From assembly GCF_000143415.4 (NCBI RefSeq), contig NW_003314320.1:432586-496585 (forward strand): a stretch of 64,000 nucleotides of DNA, in the 5' to 3' direction. The stretch is from Selaginella moellendorffii (Eukaryota; Plantae; Lycopodiophyta). Below are positions 1 to 13,900 of the stretch, in pieces (position 1 is the first letter of the stretch; every line of letters starts with the position of its first letter). A program made the translations under genes and the position numbers. The notes beneath the pieces were generated by a model. That model was not told the DNA's origin. It saw nothing but the letters and a program-made list of their open reading frames with translations, and did not search any database.

Positions 1-3000
1 ACGATCCATAAGCATTACAGGACATCAACTTCGCCTAACTTACTTCTTATCGTCTGGCCACCACACCTTGACCCTTCGGCCTAGATGGGGTTCGGGTTCT
101 TTTTCCTCGCTTTCACTTTTGCCGGGCTATTGATAAGTTACATGTCAAGTCAAGCTATCCCTTGTAAAAGGAAAGTACCTTATGAGAAGCTTGCTTTTTC
201 CGTTTCGTAGTGCTAGCACCATCGTCCTGAGTTTTTAAGTTCATAAAACCCACAGATAGAACAACGACTTCACTATTTACCTTCTGTTTCTCCTTCTCTT
301 TTTCCTTCTTGGCAATAGACTTCGGAGTCTGGCCTTTGGCATCCGCAGATGTAGCAGGAGAGTCTACCTCCACCTTCTGCTTTTTGGCTGGCCTCCCTCT
401 CTTCTTCTGTCCAGGAGTGTCTTCCTGTTGCTTTTCTTTACTTGGCCTTCCCCGTTTTCTCTTGGGAGCATCATCACCGTCGTCTTCTGACATGCTTTCC
501 GCTTCCTTCTCCTTACCTTTGCGGGCCGGAGTCTTTCCTTTACCCTTCTTAGTTTCAGCAGGACCGCTTTTCCGTGGTAAGGGATCCTCATCCTCGTCGT
601 CATCTGATCCTTCTGCTCTTTTCTGTCCCCGCTGGTTTTCCAAACATGAAAAAGAGCCATGAGATGCTGTAAAGAACAATCGAAGTTTTAACCTGAGCTC
701 CTTTGGGCATTGAAGATCGAAAACGATTCAGTACAGTCGATGTCAAGGCCGACGGCATATTGCTGCCATCCTCCTGTTAGAAGTATAGAGCAATTGATAA
801 GTAATCACAAAAACCGCTTGTACCAACCTTTAAGCTGTCTTCATCAACGGGTTTATACAGGTTTGAAGGCAGACGTACATCTCCCTTGTAAGGCTCCGGT
901 GAACGTTTCGACAGGTCCTTCGCTATGTGGAGACCGATGTCGCAAAGAGCGTACAGGTTCTACATAACATTTGCAAGTAATCTCTATCAGTGAATATGCA
1001 ATGACGCGAATACCTGAGTCGCCGCTGGAACATTTGCATCCTCCGTGTTTTTTATACGACGAAATATTTCCAGAACCGCAGCCAAATTATTTTCTTCTCT
1101 TTTCACATCCGTCTCTTGCCCAAGCAATGCATGAATGTACGAGTAAATCTGCCTGCAGCTTGGTGTGAGAAGTCAACACACTGATTATCAAACCATACTT
1201 GTAGAAAGGTTCATATGGAGCGGTCTCAGACGAGGACAGATCCGGAAATTGTGGATGATGAGCGAGAACGTGAATCAAGGACGTCAAGTGGTATTCTGGA
1301 TGGACGTTTAAACCTTCACTGCTCTTGAGACGAGCGACATTGCGACGAGTATTGTCGATAAAGTCAGTCATGTAACGTTGAGCCTACAAACAAGAATTCA
1401 AAAGCCTATAAAATATTTATGTTACACATTACCTCCTGTACGATATCTTTTCTTGAATCCACCGAGTACAAAGGATACACGATGGCGTATTTGTGAGGCA
1501 AACGTTGAAGTTTCAAGTACTGATGGGTTTTCAGCAAAAACTTCTGGCGTACATCAAAAACTGGATCCTGTGGCAATGACAGTGAGTAAGGTGATAGCCA
1601 ATCAGAAATTTACCTGCGCTGTCATCATTATAAACCGAGAAGTGGCAGCAGGGATTTCTTTGTCCCAGATTCGAGAAAGACGCAAAAAAGCCTTAGCAGC
1701 TGCAAGCCGCATGTGTGCCTTATCAATGTCACTGAAAAAAATAATAGAATTAGCAGCCAAAGAAAAGCGCTTCGTGCAGTAAACCTCGACTTCGACTCCT
1801 CGTTGATTGATCCGAATCTAAGAAGATTCAACAAAACCGGTTGGATAGTTTTTAACGAGCTTTGACGCAAATTTGCATCTTTATTTGGGAGGTAGCTTTT
1901 AATCAAAACCTTGAGACCATATATCTGCGAATTAAGATAAAACACTTAGGAAACGACAATCTACGTAAAAATATAATACGCACCTTCAGCATGCATTCCT
2001 CACTCCTGCTGTCCCAATCTGATTTAGTTGAATCCTACAATGAGAAATATTAGAAAACGGGCACAACAAAAATATCGCTAAAACTTAGGACCTCGGACCG
2101 TTCTCTTGGAAGTAGATCTTTTAAAACATATTGAACGACGTCGGACTCCCTAGTCTCAAACACCGGCATTGCAGTTTGAGCTATACAACCCAAAGACTGT
2201 AAAACAGTTGGAAGATGCGCTTTACTCTCCATGGCTTTTAATAGATGCTAAAAATAAAGAGAATTAGAAAAACAAAATGTTACCGATCGAAGCTACATAC
2301 CCCATACAGAACCGATAACGCTTTAAGCCCAGCATCCGATGACAAAGCCGTAATGGCAGATATTGCATTCTTGGCAAGCTCACGTGTTCCCTCCAAGCAA
2401 AACGTCTCGAGAGTCAAATCAATGGAACTGCAAACAAAATGAATTCCAAAATCTATCTGACTGAACCTTACCTTCTGGAGTCCACGATTTTCTCCCGCAA
2501 GCAGTGACCGGATCTGGAAATAATTTGAAGTGCAGCGTTCTTAACGGCATCATCCTCGCTGTCTTTAAGAAGATTGAAAATCTTATCTTGGACACCGTCC
2601 ATCAGTTCAGGAAAATATCGGGAAAAAACCTGTATATAACTCAAGCAAGTTAGACAAAACAATGAAAATAAATTCTCAAATAAAGACTTTACCAGAAGCA
2701 AATTCATGCACGAAGAAACAGCATTTTTGTTTCCAGAATCTTTGAAAGTCTCATACTCGTCTAATACTGCGGCAACGTGCTCTCTTCCGAATAGTAAAAA
2801 CGAACATCGTACTGCCAGAAGCCGCAGGAATTCATATTGTGGATGCTTGACACCGATTGTGCTCAGTAAATCATCCTACAGACAGAAACCAGATCATCAG
2901 AACGGGACTAATAGCTTACTTTCGCCTTACGCAGATAGAGCGTGAAACACTATATGGTGTACTTGGCTCCAGCAAGGTCAGCAATCTCTTAAAAATCGAA

Positions 3001-5214
3001 TTATCCTTCATCTGATGAAGTTTTGCAAGACTTTCCTCTGCCTTTTCATCAAACGTCTCTGCCATAGATTTGAAGCGGTCCTGCAATTTCTTTTCGAGCT
3101 CAGAAGAGTTTTCCTCCTAAAACCACGAAGCTCCGTCAGAACATTAGATAAAGGTAGAAACTAGTACCTTCAAATCCTGACGTAGATGCAAGTATTCCTT
3201 CATTTCCAGCTGAAACCTACAAAGAGAAATCGGCCACTTTGTGAAAACTGCAAGAGAAAAACGAAAAAAAGCGTACCTTTGCTTCGCACTGAGAACCCGT
3301 TCCAAACCTTTGACATCGTTACCCTCAAACTGAGAAAACATCGCAATCCAATGCTTCGTTCTCTCACTGACTGGAAGTTCAGGTAAAAAAAGTTCTTCAC
3401 TAAAAGCTAATTCAATGCCATGAGGTCTGCGGGAAATAATTGGATGAAAAGGAAACCGATGCGAAAGAGAAAACAAGCAGGAAAAATACCTGAACTCCTT
3501 GAGATTTACGCACTTCAAAATTTTAATGGGAATCCACTCAAGCTTTTCAGATTCCGGAGTACCACAGTGTGTAGCGTAGACATTGGTAAGTTTCTGCATA
3601 GCCAAATTCCTAGTGCCTGCCTGCATGACATCGTATTAGCTTTTGAACTTTGAGACTATAAATACCTTTGTATCTCGCAGCCTATCTGCAACCGTGTGAA
3701 GTACTTTCATTGGGACAGATTCAAGATTTGTTTTGGCGATATCACAGATCACTGTCACAGCTTTCATCCTTCCTTGATCATGGGTATCTTGTACTCTATC
3801 CTCCAGTTTTTCTGCAAAGAGAAACAGGTAAATACAGAAATATTGCGAGAATTAGTGTTTCACCTATGATCTCCTTAGCATCCGCACCAAGAGAGTCAAA
3901 GCAATCCCTTGCAGACTGCATTGTTGCCACTCTTACGTTCAGAGACTTGTCAGTGATTCTCTTGATGAACTCTGAAACAAGCTGTTTGTCGACAGCCTGA
4001 CCCTGGGAGCTAAAAACTCTTCCAAGAAGTTCAACTGTCTTCACTCGTATAGTTTCATCCCCGTTCTGCATAAAAATGAAATCGAATCATTAACGTTATA
4101 CAAGTGCAATATGACATACCACAAGACCTTCGACAATGGTCGGTGCATATGCCAGGAACATCTTGGGAGCGCAGCGATGGATTTCAAATAGGACTTCGTA
4201 GTAATTTTGTTGTAACCAAGGATCAGCTGATTGCTCATGAACTGTATTCAGCAGTCCAATCACATTAGGCTCCAGTTCTTGTGCATTTTCTCGAATAACT
4301 TCCGAAGCCACCTTGCTCGCAGCGGCCGATGTCTGTAGACATGAAGTTTGAGAAATTTCAAATTATAAAACAACGAAAATTGTCGTTTACCTTTTTGCTC
4401 TTCACGAGATTTGAAACAATCTCCATTACCAAAGGCCTCGGGTAGTTATCACTGTCCTTCACGAGCAAGGCCATGATGTTCAGCATCGCGCTAAGGATAT
4501 TAGACGGATGATCATCCCTGAGAACGAGCGATAAATTTGCCTCGCAGAAAAGAAAGAAAAACAAACCTGGCTTCCTGAAAGAGAGTTTTGAACATATCCA
4601 GAATCACATCGTCGCAATTGTCAATATCCAGCAATAGCAGACAGGACTTGATGGCAGACACCGTCTCCAGTATGTGTACCCGTTTTTGGTATAATGGGCT
4701 TTGCATGTCACTGAGTCCTTTGAACGTGTTGACAATGAGCTCAAACAGATCCTGGAAAAAGAAAAAGGAAACACATGAGATATGTAGCTCTCAAGGCACA
4801 ACAAGCTCAAATACCTTAAGGACATCATCGTTGTAAGGAAGATCAGGAGCCTCAATTCTCAAAATCTCGCTAGCGCATGTCGCCACAAACAATTTCACCT
4901 CCTTATCCTTGTGATGTAGCAGCTCCGCTCTCACCAGCGCATCCTTGCAAGGAGCCAGAGCCCGCCGCGTCTCCTCTGAGGCGGATTGATCGACATTAGG
5001 CAGCAGCGCCGAGAGTTGCTGCAAGGGACGCACGGAATTTCGTGAGCGACGCCCGCGCTAGACCTAAAACCCAGCAAGAAGGCCGCCGCCGGCGCGGAGC
5101 AAGAGCACTCACCTTGAGAAGCTTGAGCAGCGCATCCTTGGAAGAGGGAAGCTGGAGCTCGCCGAGCCTCTTCCCCAATTGAACGATCTTTTTCGTGTCC
5201 ACTGTGGCCGCCAT
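1..5214 (-). CDS. PDS5: Sister chromatid cohesion protein PDS5 homolog (multi-exon; 3' end at or beyond the left edge of the window)
   Basis: Exon translations: MAATVDTKKIVQLGKRL, ELLHHKDKEVKLFVATCASEILRIEAPDLPYNDD, KTVELLGRVF..EFIKRITDKSLNVRV, HPEYHLTSLIHVLAHHPQF, and a K/R-rich tail with AT-hook-like KRGRP motifs. Many short GT-AG introns. Confidence 0.9.
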
Positions 5215-5810
5215 ACCTCACCGAAAATGCGCGCGCGGCGCGCCCCCCGTCCCGGCTGCTCGCTGGAGCGCCCTCACAGCCGCTCCATCAACCCTAATAT
5301 GACTTCTTCCCACCACTGCGCAAACCCTCGTCTTTCTTCGCTTCCTTGTTTTATCAAAAATGGGAAACCGTCACGCCCCGTCATTTATTTCAAATCGCCC
5401 GTCATTTTAATTGGCCCATCCGTACATGGCGGGAAGCGGGAAGGCCGTGTCCAAATGGCCACAGCATTCTAGTTACCCGCCGATCGAGTTTTGAGGTCAT
5501 ACTGTCTGCCGTACAAAAGCGTCCAGTCTAAATCCCACGTCAGATTTTTCTTAAAATGGATGATTGAGAGAACCCTGCCCACGGACGGTCCAGATGTGCC
5601 GATCTTCGCGGTTTCAAAATTAACGGGCTAGATTTGCCAGGTCACAGTTAGCGTCAGGCATGAAATCTCGCTTGGCGGTGGCGATGGCGATGGAGCGCGA
5701 TCGGCAATGACGGTGAGTCGGGGATCGCGCGTTTCAGATCTTCCGATGGCTTCTCCGGAGTAGGCAATGCGCCGGTAGGGTTTTCCAAAATGTGAGCGCC
5801 GCAATCTCCA

Positions 5811-8800
5811 ATGGCCAGGATCGAGAGCCGCGAGTTCTATCATGACGCCATCGACGAGGAGACTAGAACAGCGGACAATAGGGCGAGCGGGGAATTCTCA
5901 CAGGACAGTAGTGCTGATTTGGAGCACATTCCATTGGAGGAGGTTTTCCAGAAGCTTAAGTGCACCAGGGATGGGCTTAGCACGGTGGAAGCTGAGATCA
6001 GGCTCAAGCTCGTTGGTCCCAACAAGTTGGAGGAGAAGAAGGAGAATTTACTGCTTAAGTTCCTCACTTTTATGTGGAATCCACTGTCTTGGGTGATGGA
6101 GATCGCGGCTTTGATGGCTATCATCCTGGCCAATGGAGACGGAAGGCCGCCCGACTGGCAGGACTTTGTAGGAATCGTTGTTCTTCTCTTCATCAACTCG
6201 ACCGTGAGCTATATCGAAGAGCAAAACGCTGGGCAGGCCGCCGCGGCTTTGATGCAGGCACTGGCACTCAAAGCTAAAGTTCTAAGAGATGGGAAGTACG
6301 AGGAAGAAGACGCCTCTATCCTTGTTCCCGGAGATATCATAACTATCAAGCTTGGTGATATCATTCCAGCTGACTGCCGCCTGCTGGAAGGAGACCCTCT
6401 TTCGATCGATCAGTCCGCTCTCACAGGTGAATCCGTGGCAGTGACCAAGAGACAAGGTGACGAAGTTTTCTCGGGTTCCATTTGTAAGCAGGGGGAGATC
6501 GAAGCAGTGGTGATTGCAACTGGTGTGAGCACGTTTTTTGGGAAAGCAGCACACCTCGTAGACAGCACTCAGCGAATGGGACACTTTCAAAAGGTTCTTA
6601 CGAGAATTGGAAGCTTTTGCATCGTCTCGATAGCGCTGGGGATGATCATCGAGATTATAGTCATGTACCCGTGCCAGCATTGGAAGTACAGGGATGGAAT
6701 CGATGCGCTGCTGGTTCTGCTTATAGGAGGGATACCCATCGCCATGCCAACTGTGCTCTCCATCACAATGGCTGTAGGATCCCACGGGCTGGCTAAGCAG
6801 GGAGCGATAGTTAAAAGGATGACGGCTATTGAAGAGATGGCGGGCATGGATATCTTGTGCTCGGACAAAACAGGAACTCTGACGTTGAACAGGCTTACGG
6901 TTGACAAGAATCTCATAGAGATCTTTTCGGATAAGGCGGACAAAGATACGATCTTACTTCATGCGTCGAGAGCGTCTCGCGTGGAGAACCAGGTAACTTA
7001 TACTCGGGTTAGAAGTTTTCAGTGTGCTATAAGGATGCTGTTTTACAGGATGCTATCGACCTCGCCATTGTAAACATGCTTGGAGATCCAAAAGAAGCAA
7101 GGGAAGGAATTCAAGAGATACACTTCATGCCATTCAATCCAACTGATAAGCGTACTCAAATGACTTACCTGGACACACAAGGACAAATGCATCGTGCATC
7201 CAAGGGCGCTCCCGAGCAGATTCTCGACTTGGCCTACAACAAAGAACAAATTGGACGCCGGGTGCATGATATCATTGAGAAGTTCGCGGAGAGGGGCTTG
7301 AGAACTCTAGCTGTGGCGACGCAGGTACGCTGATAGTTCTCACAATGAATCTACCACCTTTTAACACCGTCTTTAGCAGACTGTTCCAGACAACGATAAG
7401 GATAGCCCAGGTGGCGACTGGGACATGCTGGGCCTCGTTCCACTCTTCGATCCGCCCCGCCACGATACCGCGGACACAGTGAAGCGAGCTCTAGAGCTTG
7501 GAGTGAACGTGAAGATGATAACTGGAGATCAGCTAGCTATCGCCAAAGAAACTGGGAGAAGGCTGGGCATGGGGACCAACATGTATCCAGTCACTGCATT
7601 ATTTCCCGGCGGGGCTGGACGTGACCCAAGCTTGGCCAGTGCGGACGAAGGGGAGCTCATAGAGCACGCAGACGGGTTTGCAGGGGTCTTTCCAGAGCAC
7701 AAGTATAACATCGTCAAGAAGTTACAGGAAGCAAAACACATCTGCGGCATGACAGGCGATGGAGTGAACGATGCTCCTGCTCTGAAAAGAGCTGATATCG
7801 GCATTGCTGTGGCCGACGCGACGGATGCTGCTCGTAACGCCGCTGACATTGTCTTGACACTCCCTGGTAAGTTCTTTGTTTTTCTTCTTTCGATCCTATG
7901 TTAACAAAATGCGGCTTGCAGGCTTGAGCGTCATCATCCATGCTATCTTGACGTCCCGCTGCATCTTCCAGCGCATGAAGAACTACACCATCTACGCCAT
8001 CTCAATCACCATTCGTATCGTCCTCGGTTTCTTGCTCATGGCGCTGATCTGGAAGTTCAAGTTTTCCCCGTTCATGACGCTTATCATAGCCATCCTCAAC
8101 GACGGTACCATCATGACAATCTCGAAAGTACGTTCTGGAATCGCTCCACCCGTTAATTCCAAGCTAATAATGTCGCAAGGTAATTAAATCCCGCGCTGGA
8201 CTCTGTTGCTCGGTCTAACTTCACGTTTTTTGCAGGATAGAGTGAAACCATCCATGGAACCAGACAGTTGGAAGCTCCCGGAGTTGTTTGTGCTCGGTTC
8301 GTGCCTCGGGACCTACCTCGGATTGATGTCCGTCCTTTTCTACTGGCTCATACACGAGACGAACTTCTTCCAAGACCACTTCTCGGTGAGGTTGATCTCG
8401 GGCCACGTCAAACAGGAAACCGCTGTGATCTATCTGCAAGTCAGCGTGATCAGTCAGGCACTCATCTTCGTCACTCGGTCGCGGAGCTTCTCGTTTTTGG
8501 AGAGACCCGGGGCGATGCTGATCGTCGCCTTCCTTGTTGCTCAGCTGGTGGCGACGCTGATCGCAGTTTATGCCGACTGGGGATTTGCAGGAATCAAAGG
8601 CTGCGGCTGGGGCTGGGCCGGAGTGGTATGGTTGTACAGGTAAAGCTCGCAAGCGTAGTTCTTCCTTGTTTTCTTCGTGTCTAACTTCGTCTCATTGCTT
8701 TGCAGCGTCGTCTGGTACTTCCCTTTGGATATTATCAAGTTTTTGGTGAGATACATCTTGAGTGGAGCAATGTGGGACCTTCTCACCGAGAGGAAGATCG

Positions 8801-9179
8801 CTTTCACTCGTCAGAAGAACTATGGCCGTGAGGCGCGGCAAGCTCAATGGGCTGTTATATCTGGCCATGCCGCGGCTCCAATGACGCAGAGGCTATCTCA
8901 GTCTGGGGCTGCTGGTGTTGCTGGGCCTGCCGATCTTGCGGAAAAAGCCATGAAGAGAGCCGAGATTGCGAGGTTGGTTTTCCTTTCGTGCTTTGTTTCT
9001 TTGTTCCGTAAGTTATATGCTCTTCTCGTTTAGCTTTACAGTTATCTTTAAGTTCACTGATCACCGTTTTTGTCTGTGACAGATTGAAAGACCTTCACGT
9101 GGTTAAAGCGCATGTCGAAGCAGTCGCTAAGTTGAAAGGTCTGGATGATCTCGCAGTCCAGCAAAACTACACGGTATAG
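5811..9179 (+). CDS. AHA: P3A-type plasma-membrane H+-ATPase with penultimate-Thr C-terminus (about 7 exons)
   Basis: [26 protein letters not shown] phosphorylation site, DPPR, MITGD and [14 protein letters not shown] motifs. Last exon ends ...[12 protein letters not shown] (TAG 9177-9179). Confidence 0.97.
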
Positions 9180-9261
9180 GTATGAAAGTATTGAGCAAAG
9201 TTTCCTTTTTGTTTTGTATTCACTGTTTTCCCTGAATGAATTGGCATCCCTTTCGGATGTG

Positions 9262-10714
9262 TTAAGTCAAGACGAGCTCTTTCTTAAGCAGGTGGTTCAC
9301 CACATCCTTCACGTTGCGCTTGTTTCGAAGGTAGAACTCGGCACGAAGGATTTGCTGCTCCTCGGAGCTCAAATCGCCGTGAATTCCCTGCAAGAGCTGT
9401 AAGACCGATGCAAGCAAAAGCTAGTTTGGAACCACTTACAGTTCTTTCAAGCCGGTCGCCGACGATGTGATACATGAGGATCCCCGCCGCAACAGAGACG
9501 TTAAATGATTCGACCATTCCTACCATCGGAATATGGCACTTCACGTCCGCTAATGCAAGAGCTTCTTCGCTTGTTCCACTGCTCAAAAACGTTCAACGAT
9601 TAAGAAAGAAAAACAAATACCACTTTCTTTCCATACTTGTGCTCGTTTCCAAAGATCACTGCTGTTGGAATCGTCCAGTCCAGCTCGTGTATAGGTACCT
9701 GTTAAAACGTATAGAATAGAGTGACGAGCTTTCTCAAGCTTACCGTGTCCGCCCCCATATCAGTCACAGCAATCCGATATCCTCGACTCCGTAACACTTG
9801 TACACACTCGTTTGTGTTCTCCCACACTTCCACATCCAGCCATTTCTCGGCTCCCATGCTTATGTTGCGAGCTTCTTTGTATCTACCAAAATAAAACACG
9901 CGTGAGAACAAAGAAAGAAAATAACAGAGAGAAACTCACCTTTTCTGATCACTGTTAGCGATCACATGTACCGACTGGAGTCCAAATGCCTCGGCGGTTC
10001 TAAACACGGCACAGATGTTGCCAATGTCGAACAAGCCTTCGACCACCGGACAAATCGAAAACGTCCTGTTGGCGATGATCTGATCAAACTTTTGCTTGCG
10101 ATCGGCCGCAAACATGGGATCCAGGGTTCCGATCACCATCTCGCTGCTGATGCGTGTTTGCTCGTCCAGGTTAAACTCGTCCTTGTAAGGAAACCAACAC
10201 TTTCTGGCTGGATCTGGAAGTCCGCCAGCAAAGTCGCTGCTTGAGAGCAATGGATGTAAACAACACATGAGACCAAGCTCATGAGACCAGAGAAATCACT
10301 ACAGTCTATTCCATTCGCATAAATTCATATCGTGCTTGAAAGTTTCATCCAGGGCTAGTCACTCATTCGCATTCAACGTGCGTGAAAGCTCATCCAAAGC
10401 ATCAGAAAAATACAACTACATATGATCAAGCTCAGAAATTTCAAACTTCCATCCACACCGAGCAAATGGAAAATGAATGAAACGCTAGGAATTCCTTGCA
10501 ATGCGCGAGCGATCTTTCATCACATACCTGGCGCCAATCGATCCCTGGACATCCAGAATTGCCTCGGCTCCCTCTTTTTGCTCTCGATCTGGACCACGCA
10601 CACCTTCCTACTCGGCTTCCTGTGCAAGAAGCGCTCGCCGTGGCGCTTCCACGACCGAATCGTCCTTACGCGACTCAAAACCCCGGCATTGGCCGCGGCG
10701 GCACTCGACGCCAT
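9262..10714 (-). CDS. SpoU/TrmH-family tRNA/rRNA 2'-O-methyltransferase, probably organellar
   Basis: SPOUT motifs VVEGLFDIGNICAVFRTAEAFG, SMGAEKW and IPMVGMVESFNVSVAAGI. Ala/Arg/Ser-rich transit-like N-terminus. Final exon GIHGDL...ELVLT*. Confidence 0.88.
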
Positions 10715-10855
10715 AGATAGAGCGTTCTCAAGGAAGAAAATATAGGGCAAACGAGAGGTTTGTATTAGGAAAGCGAGGGCGTAGTACATTCCACATCTGG
10801 TGGGCTATTATGGAGCGGAATGGTGGTCGAGATGAGCGGTGAAGATCGCCATTCC

Positions 10856-11258
10856 TTATTCGCGGGGAACCGGAACCCCTGCCAAGATCGAGCACGGTGA
10901 GCCATCGATTTGGAGAGAGAAGGAGGAGAATTCGCCTACCAGCACACTTGTAGTTCTTGGGCACGTATTTCCCGAAGTTACATTTCTTGGGGAGGATCAC
11001 CGCCTTGGCTATGTTGATGCTAGGGATGGCTTTCTTGGCGCTCTGGACGAGCGTGCACAGACACGCCGGCTTCTTCACGTATTTCTGGATCAGCGAGCAG
11101 CAATTCGCGGTCGGAGCGGTGTTGCCGACCGCGGCGGGGATGCAGCTCGCCAGGGTGAGGTAATTCGTGCAGGATTGGGCGCTGGAATCTGCCGGGAGGA
11201 GCGCGATGCACAGGATTGCAATGAGCAGGATCGCGATTCCGGATCGAGGCGGCGCCAT
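10856..11258 (-). CDS. Non-specific lipid-transfer protein (8-Cys motif), 2 exons
   Basis: Signal peptide MAPPRSGIAILLIAILCIALL, then C..C..CC..CLC..C..C. An intron after YKCAG gives the C-terminus GVPVPRE*. Confidence 0.85.
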
Positions 11259-11693
11259 TGCTCGATCGATGCTCGAAATATTGCTAGAGGAGAGGAGAGA
11301 GGGAAGGGGAGATTCAAGAATGGGGATCGAGAGAAGAGCTGCCCGATGGATCTCACTGCCTAGAAGCTCGCTCTTATACTGATCGACATGGAGAGGGCTT
11401 CTGGCGTAGATCGGTGCGAGGAAATCTCGATGAGTACACCATCCCGTGAATAAGGTACTGCTTTTCTCGGCGTCACAAGAAAGGCGACGATCATGGCACA
11501 GGCAAGTCAAGTTATCTTATTGCATGAATTTGTTCTCTCTCCCTCTCTTATCTCTGGTCACAGTCATAGCACTACACACGGATTTCTTCCCTTCCCTCTC
11601 TCTCTTGCTCTCTAGAAGCTCTTCCATAATTTTCTTTTCCTAGATTTCTCTCTAGCTATGCTTAGCTAACTGTCTTTTTTTTTTTCTGTTCTT

Positions 11694-12038
11694 CTAGCTA
11701 GATGGAATGGGAATTCCAGCGCACGAGTAGCCGGATGGAACTTGGACGTGGCACTTGGCCGGGATGGAGAGCGCGGCCTGGAGATTGAACGGCAACCCGG
11801 TGGACTGCGCTGCGTTGCGTGCCGCGAGGAGCATGGTGCACAGGCAGTCCGGTGCGTTTTGGTACTGCCGGATTCTATTGCAGCACTCGCCAGACGGGGT
11901 GGCGCTTGGATCGCTGGCCGCGTTCTGGCAATCCAGGAGCTGGGTCCAGTCGCTGCAGGACTGCTGCTGGGCGATGGAGATTCTCCACTGCGCCGCAGCG
12001 GCCACAAGGAAGAACAGGATAAGCACAAGCTTGGGCAT
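11694..12038 (-). CDS. Non-specific lipid-transfer protein (8-Cys motif), intronless; tandem paralog
   Basis: Signal peptide plus SCSDW..DC..ECC..CLC..KC..SCAGIPIPSS*. Confidence 0.88.
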   Translation of the reverse strand: MPKLVLILFFLVAAAAQWRISIAQQQSCSDWTQLLDCQNAASDPSATPSGECCNRIRQYQNAPDCLCTMLLAARNAAQSTGLPFNLQAALSIPAKCHVQVPSGYSCAGIPIPSS

Positions 12039-12226
12039 TGCTGTTTGAGAAGATCAGGAAGCGAGGTGTTGGAGGAGGCAGTGGGTCTCTGTTTTTATAC
12101 AGTGGCAGTGGCATCTATTCGAAGCGAGAACACATGGATGGAGTGAGAGCTCCATTCTGAGCAAAACGACTTGCTTTCTGTTTCTATGCAGCCTCCGTCA
12201 AACTCTCTCTGACTAGTGAATATTTT

Positions 12227-12236
12227 GCCACGTGGC
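12227..12236. promoter_or_regulatory. Palindromic G-box GCCACGTGGC upstream of the second nsLTP
   Basis: Exact palindrome ~190 bp upstream of the ATG; TATAAAAA on the minus strand at ~12092-12099. Confidence 0.45.
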
Positions 12237-12479
12237 CTGGAAGACGGCGTTGATTCAAGCGCTGCTCTATCATAAACAACTTTCAGTCAAAAAAGTGTGA
12301 GCTGCACAGCTATATTCAAAGAAGAGGAATGAGAAGGGAGGAAATGCTCCTTGGACAACGAAAGAGACTAACCAAGCAAGCGGAGTGAGACTGGAGAGAA
12401 GAAGGTGGACAAGATGAAGGAGAGGAGAGTATAGAGAATCTGCTTTACTCTTCATATAACCATCCGCTGTATCATAGTC

Positions 12480-13900
12480 AGACTCGGTCCCTATCCTTGC
12501 TCAAAGAACTTTGGTCCTCCAGAGTGTGCTCCGTATTCCTGGACTTCCACCACCCTATCCGGAACAAGAGGACCTGTTCTCCCCTGATCTAGCATTTGGA
12601 TTGAAGGCAACTCCCTGTGATGACGCTGAGGTCACTCAGGTGGAACACATCATGGATCCTTGCTGTTGTTGCAAGATGCAATCTGTAGGCCAATTCATTA
12701 ATTACTTGCACCACCCTGAAAGGACCGAAGAAGCAGGCTTGCAACTTGGCTCTTCCTTAAGCCTGCTTGCCCAGGGTGTAACGTTCTGGGCAGAACTTGA
12801 CATAAATGTAATCTCTTGGCTCAAATTGCTTGTATGATCGATTTTGGTCCACAAAGAACCGCATGGTAGTTTATGCCGACTCAAGCCTTTGCTTTGCCAG
12901 TCTCTATTCTTCTTCCACTTCTCAGAGATGCTCCTCTACATCCTCCTTTCGAGGCGTTATATGGTTGGCCAGTCTTGTTACCGTGGACAGAGGTCGACAC
13001 CACGTTGCCGCAGACATTCCCAGGGAAGCATGTTGCATGGAGTTGTAAGCAAACTCGACGAAAGGCAGCCATTTCACCCAATTGCCCGGTCTGTCCAAAA
13101 AATATCCACGAAGGAACGTTTCCATTGTGTGATTCACCCTCTAAGTCTACCTGTTTGATAGGCTAAAACTCAACCTTGTCCTCACGGCCTCAAACAACAA
13201 TCTCCAGAACTTGCCGAGGAACTTGGAGTCCCTGTCAGAGATAATCTCCCGGTAGCGGACTATCCCCTTCCAGAAAAGCTCTGCCACCTTCTGAGCGTTT
13301 GCTGTGGTCGTTAATGGGACGAAGTGGCTGACCTTCGTGAAGAGGTCCACCACCACCATATATAGATCTTGGCAATCCTGAGACGAAATCCATGGAAATT
13401 GACGCGAACTGACGACCCGCTGCTGAACGACGTGATATCCCTGTAAGAAGCTGGGACACTGGCTTCTCGAACATGCAAGACAGTGCAAGAAACAGAGGCG
13501 CTGGATTGAAAAGCTTCAAGCTTTTGATTTATCCATCGAATTTCGGCCGGGCAAAACAAACGTCCCGATGTTGAGCTGCTGTTGTTCCAGCAAAAATTTG
13601 ATCCTGTAATGGTCTGTGCAGAGCGTGAAACGAGTCGGCAAGAGATCATGACACCACTTCTCGATAGTGTGGATGACCGCAAGCATTTCTTGCTCATAAC
13701 CTGGCAGGTTGGCCTCATGTACTGAAATGCACCAACTCTCTCCTCTCCCTTGCTCCTGTCTGAGCACCGCCCCCGTGCTTGCATCTGATGCATCAGTCTC
13801 CACAAGAAATGGACGAGAGAAGTCCTAGAGCTGGAGAATCAGGGCAGCAAAGATTGCTGGTCATTCCCTTGTGACTGCTCATCAAGGAGTGAATGCTGGT
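12480..13900 (-). mobile_element. Degenerate Ty3/gypsy pol remnant (RNase H-integrase)
   Basis: Frameshifted fragments ETDASDASTGAVLRQ, YEQEMLAVI, SISMDFVSGLP, VVVDLFTK..HFVP, IISDRDSKF and WVKWLPFVEFAYNS. Confidence 0.85.

Noticed and set aside
10303-10400. Short imperfect tandem duplications (here and at ~18186-18243)
   Set aside because: Local slippage duplications in intronic or TE sequence with no evident function.
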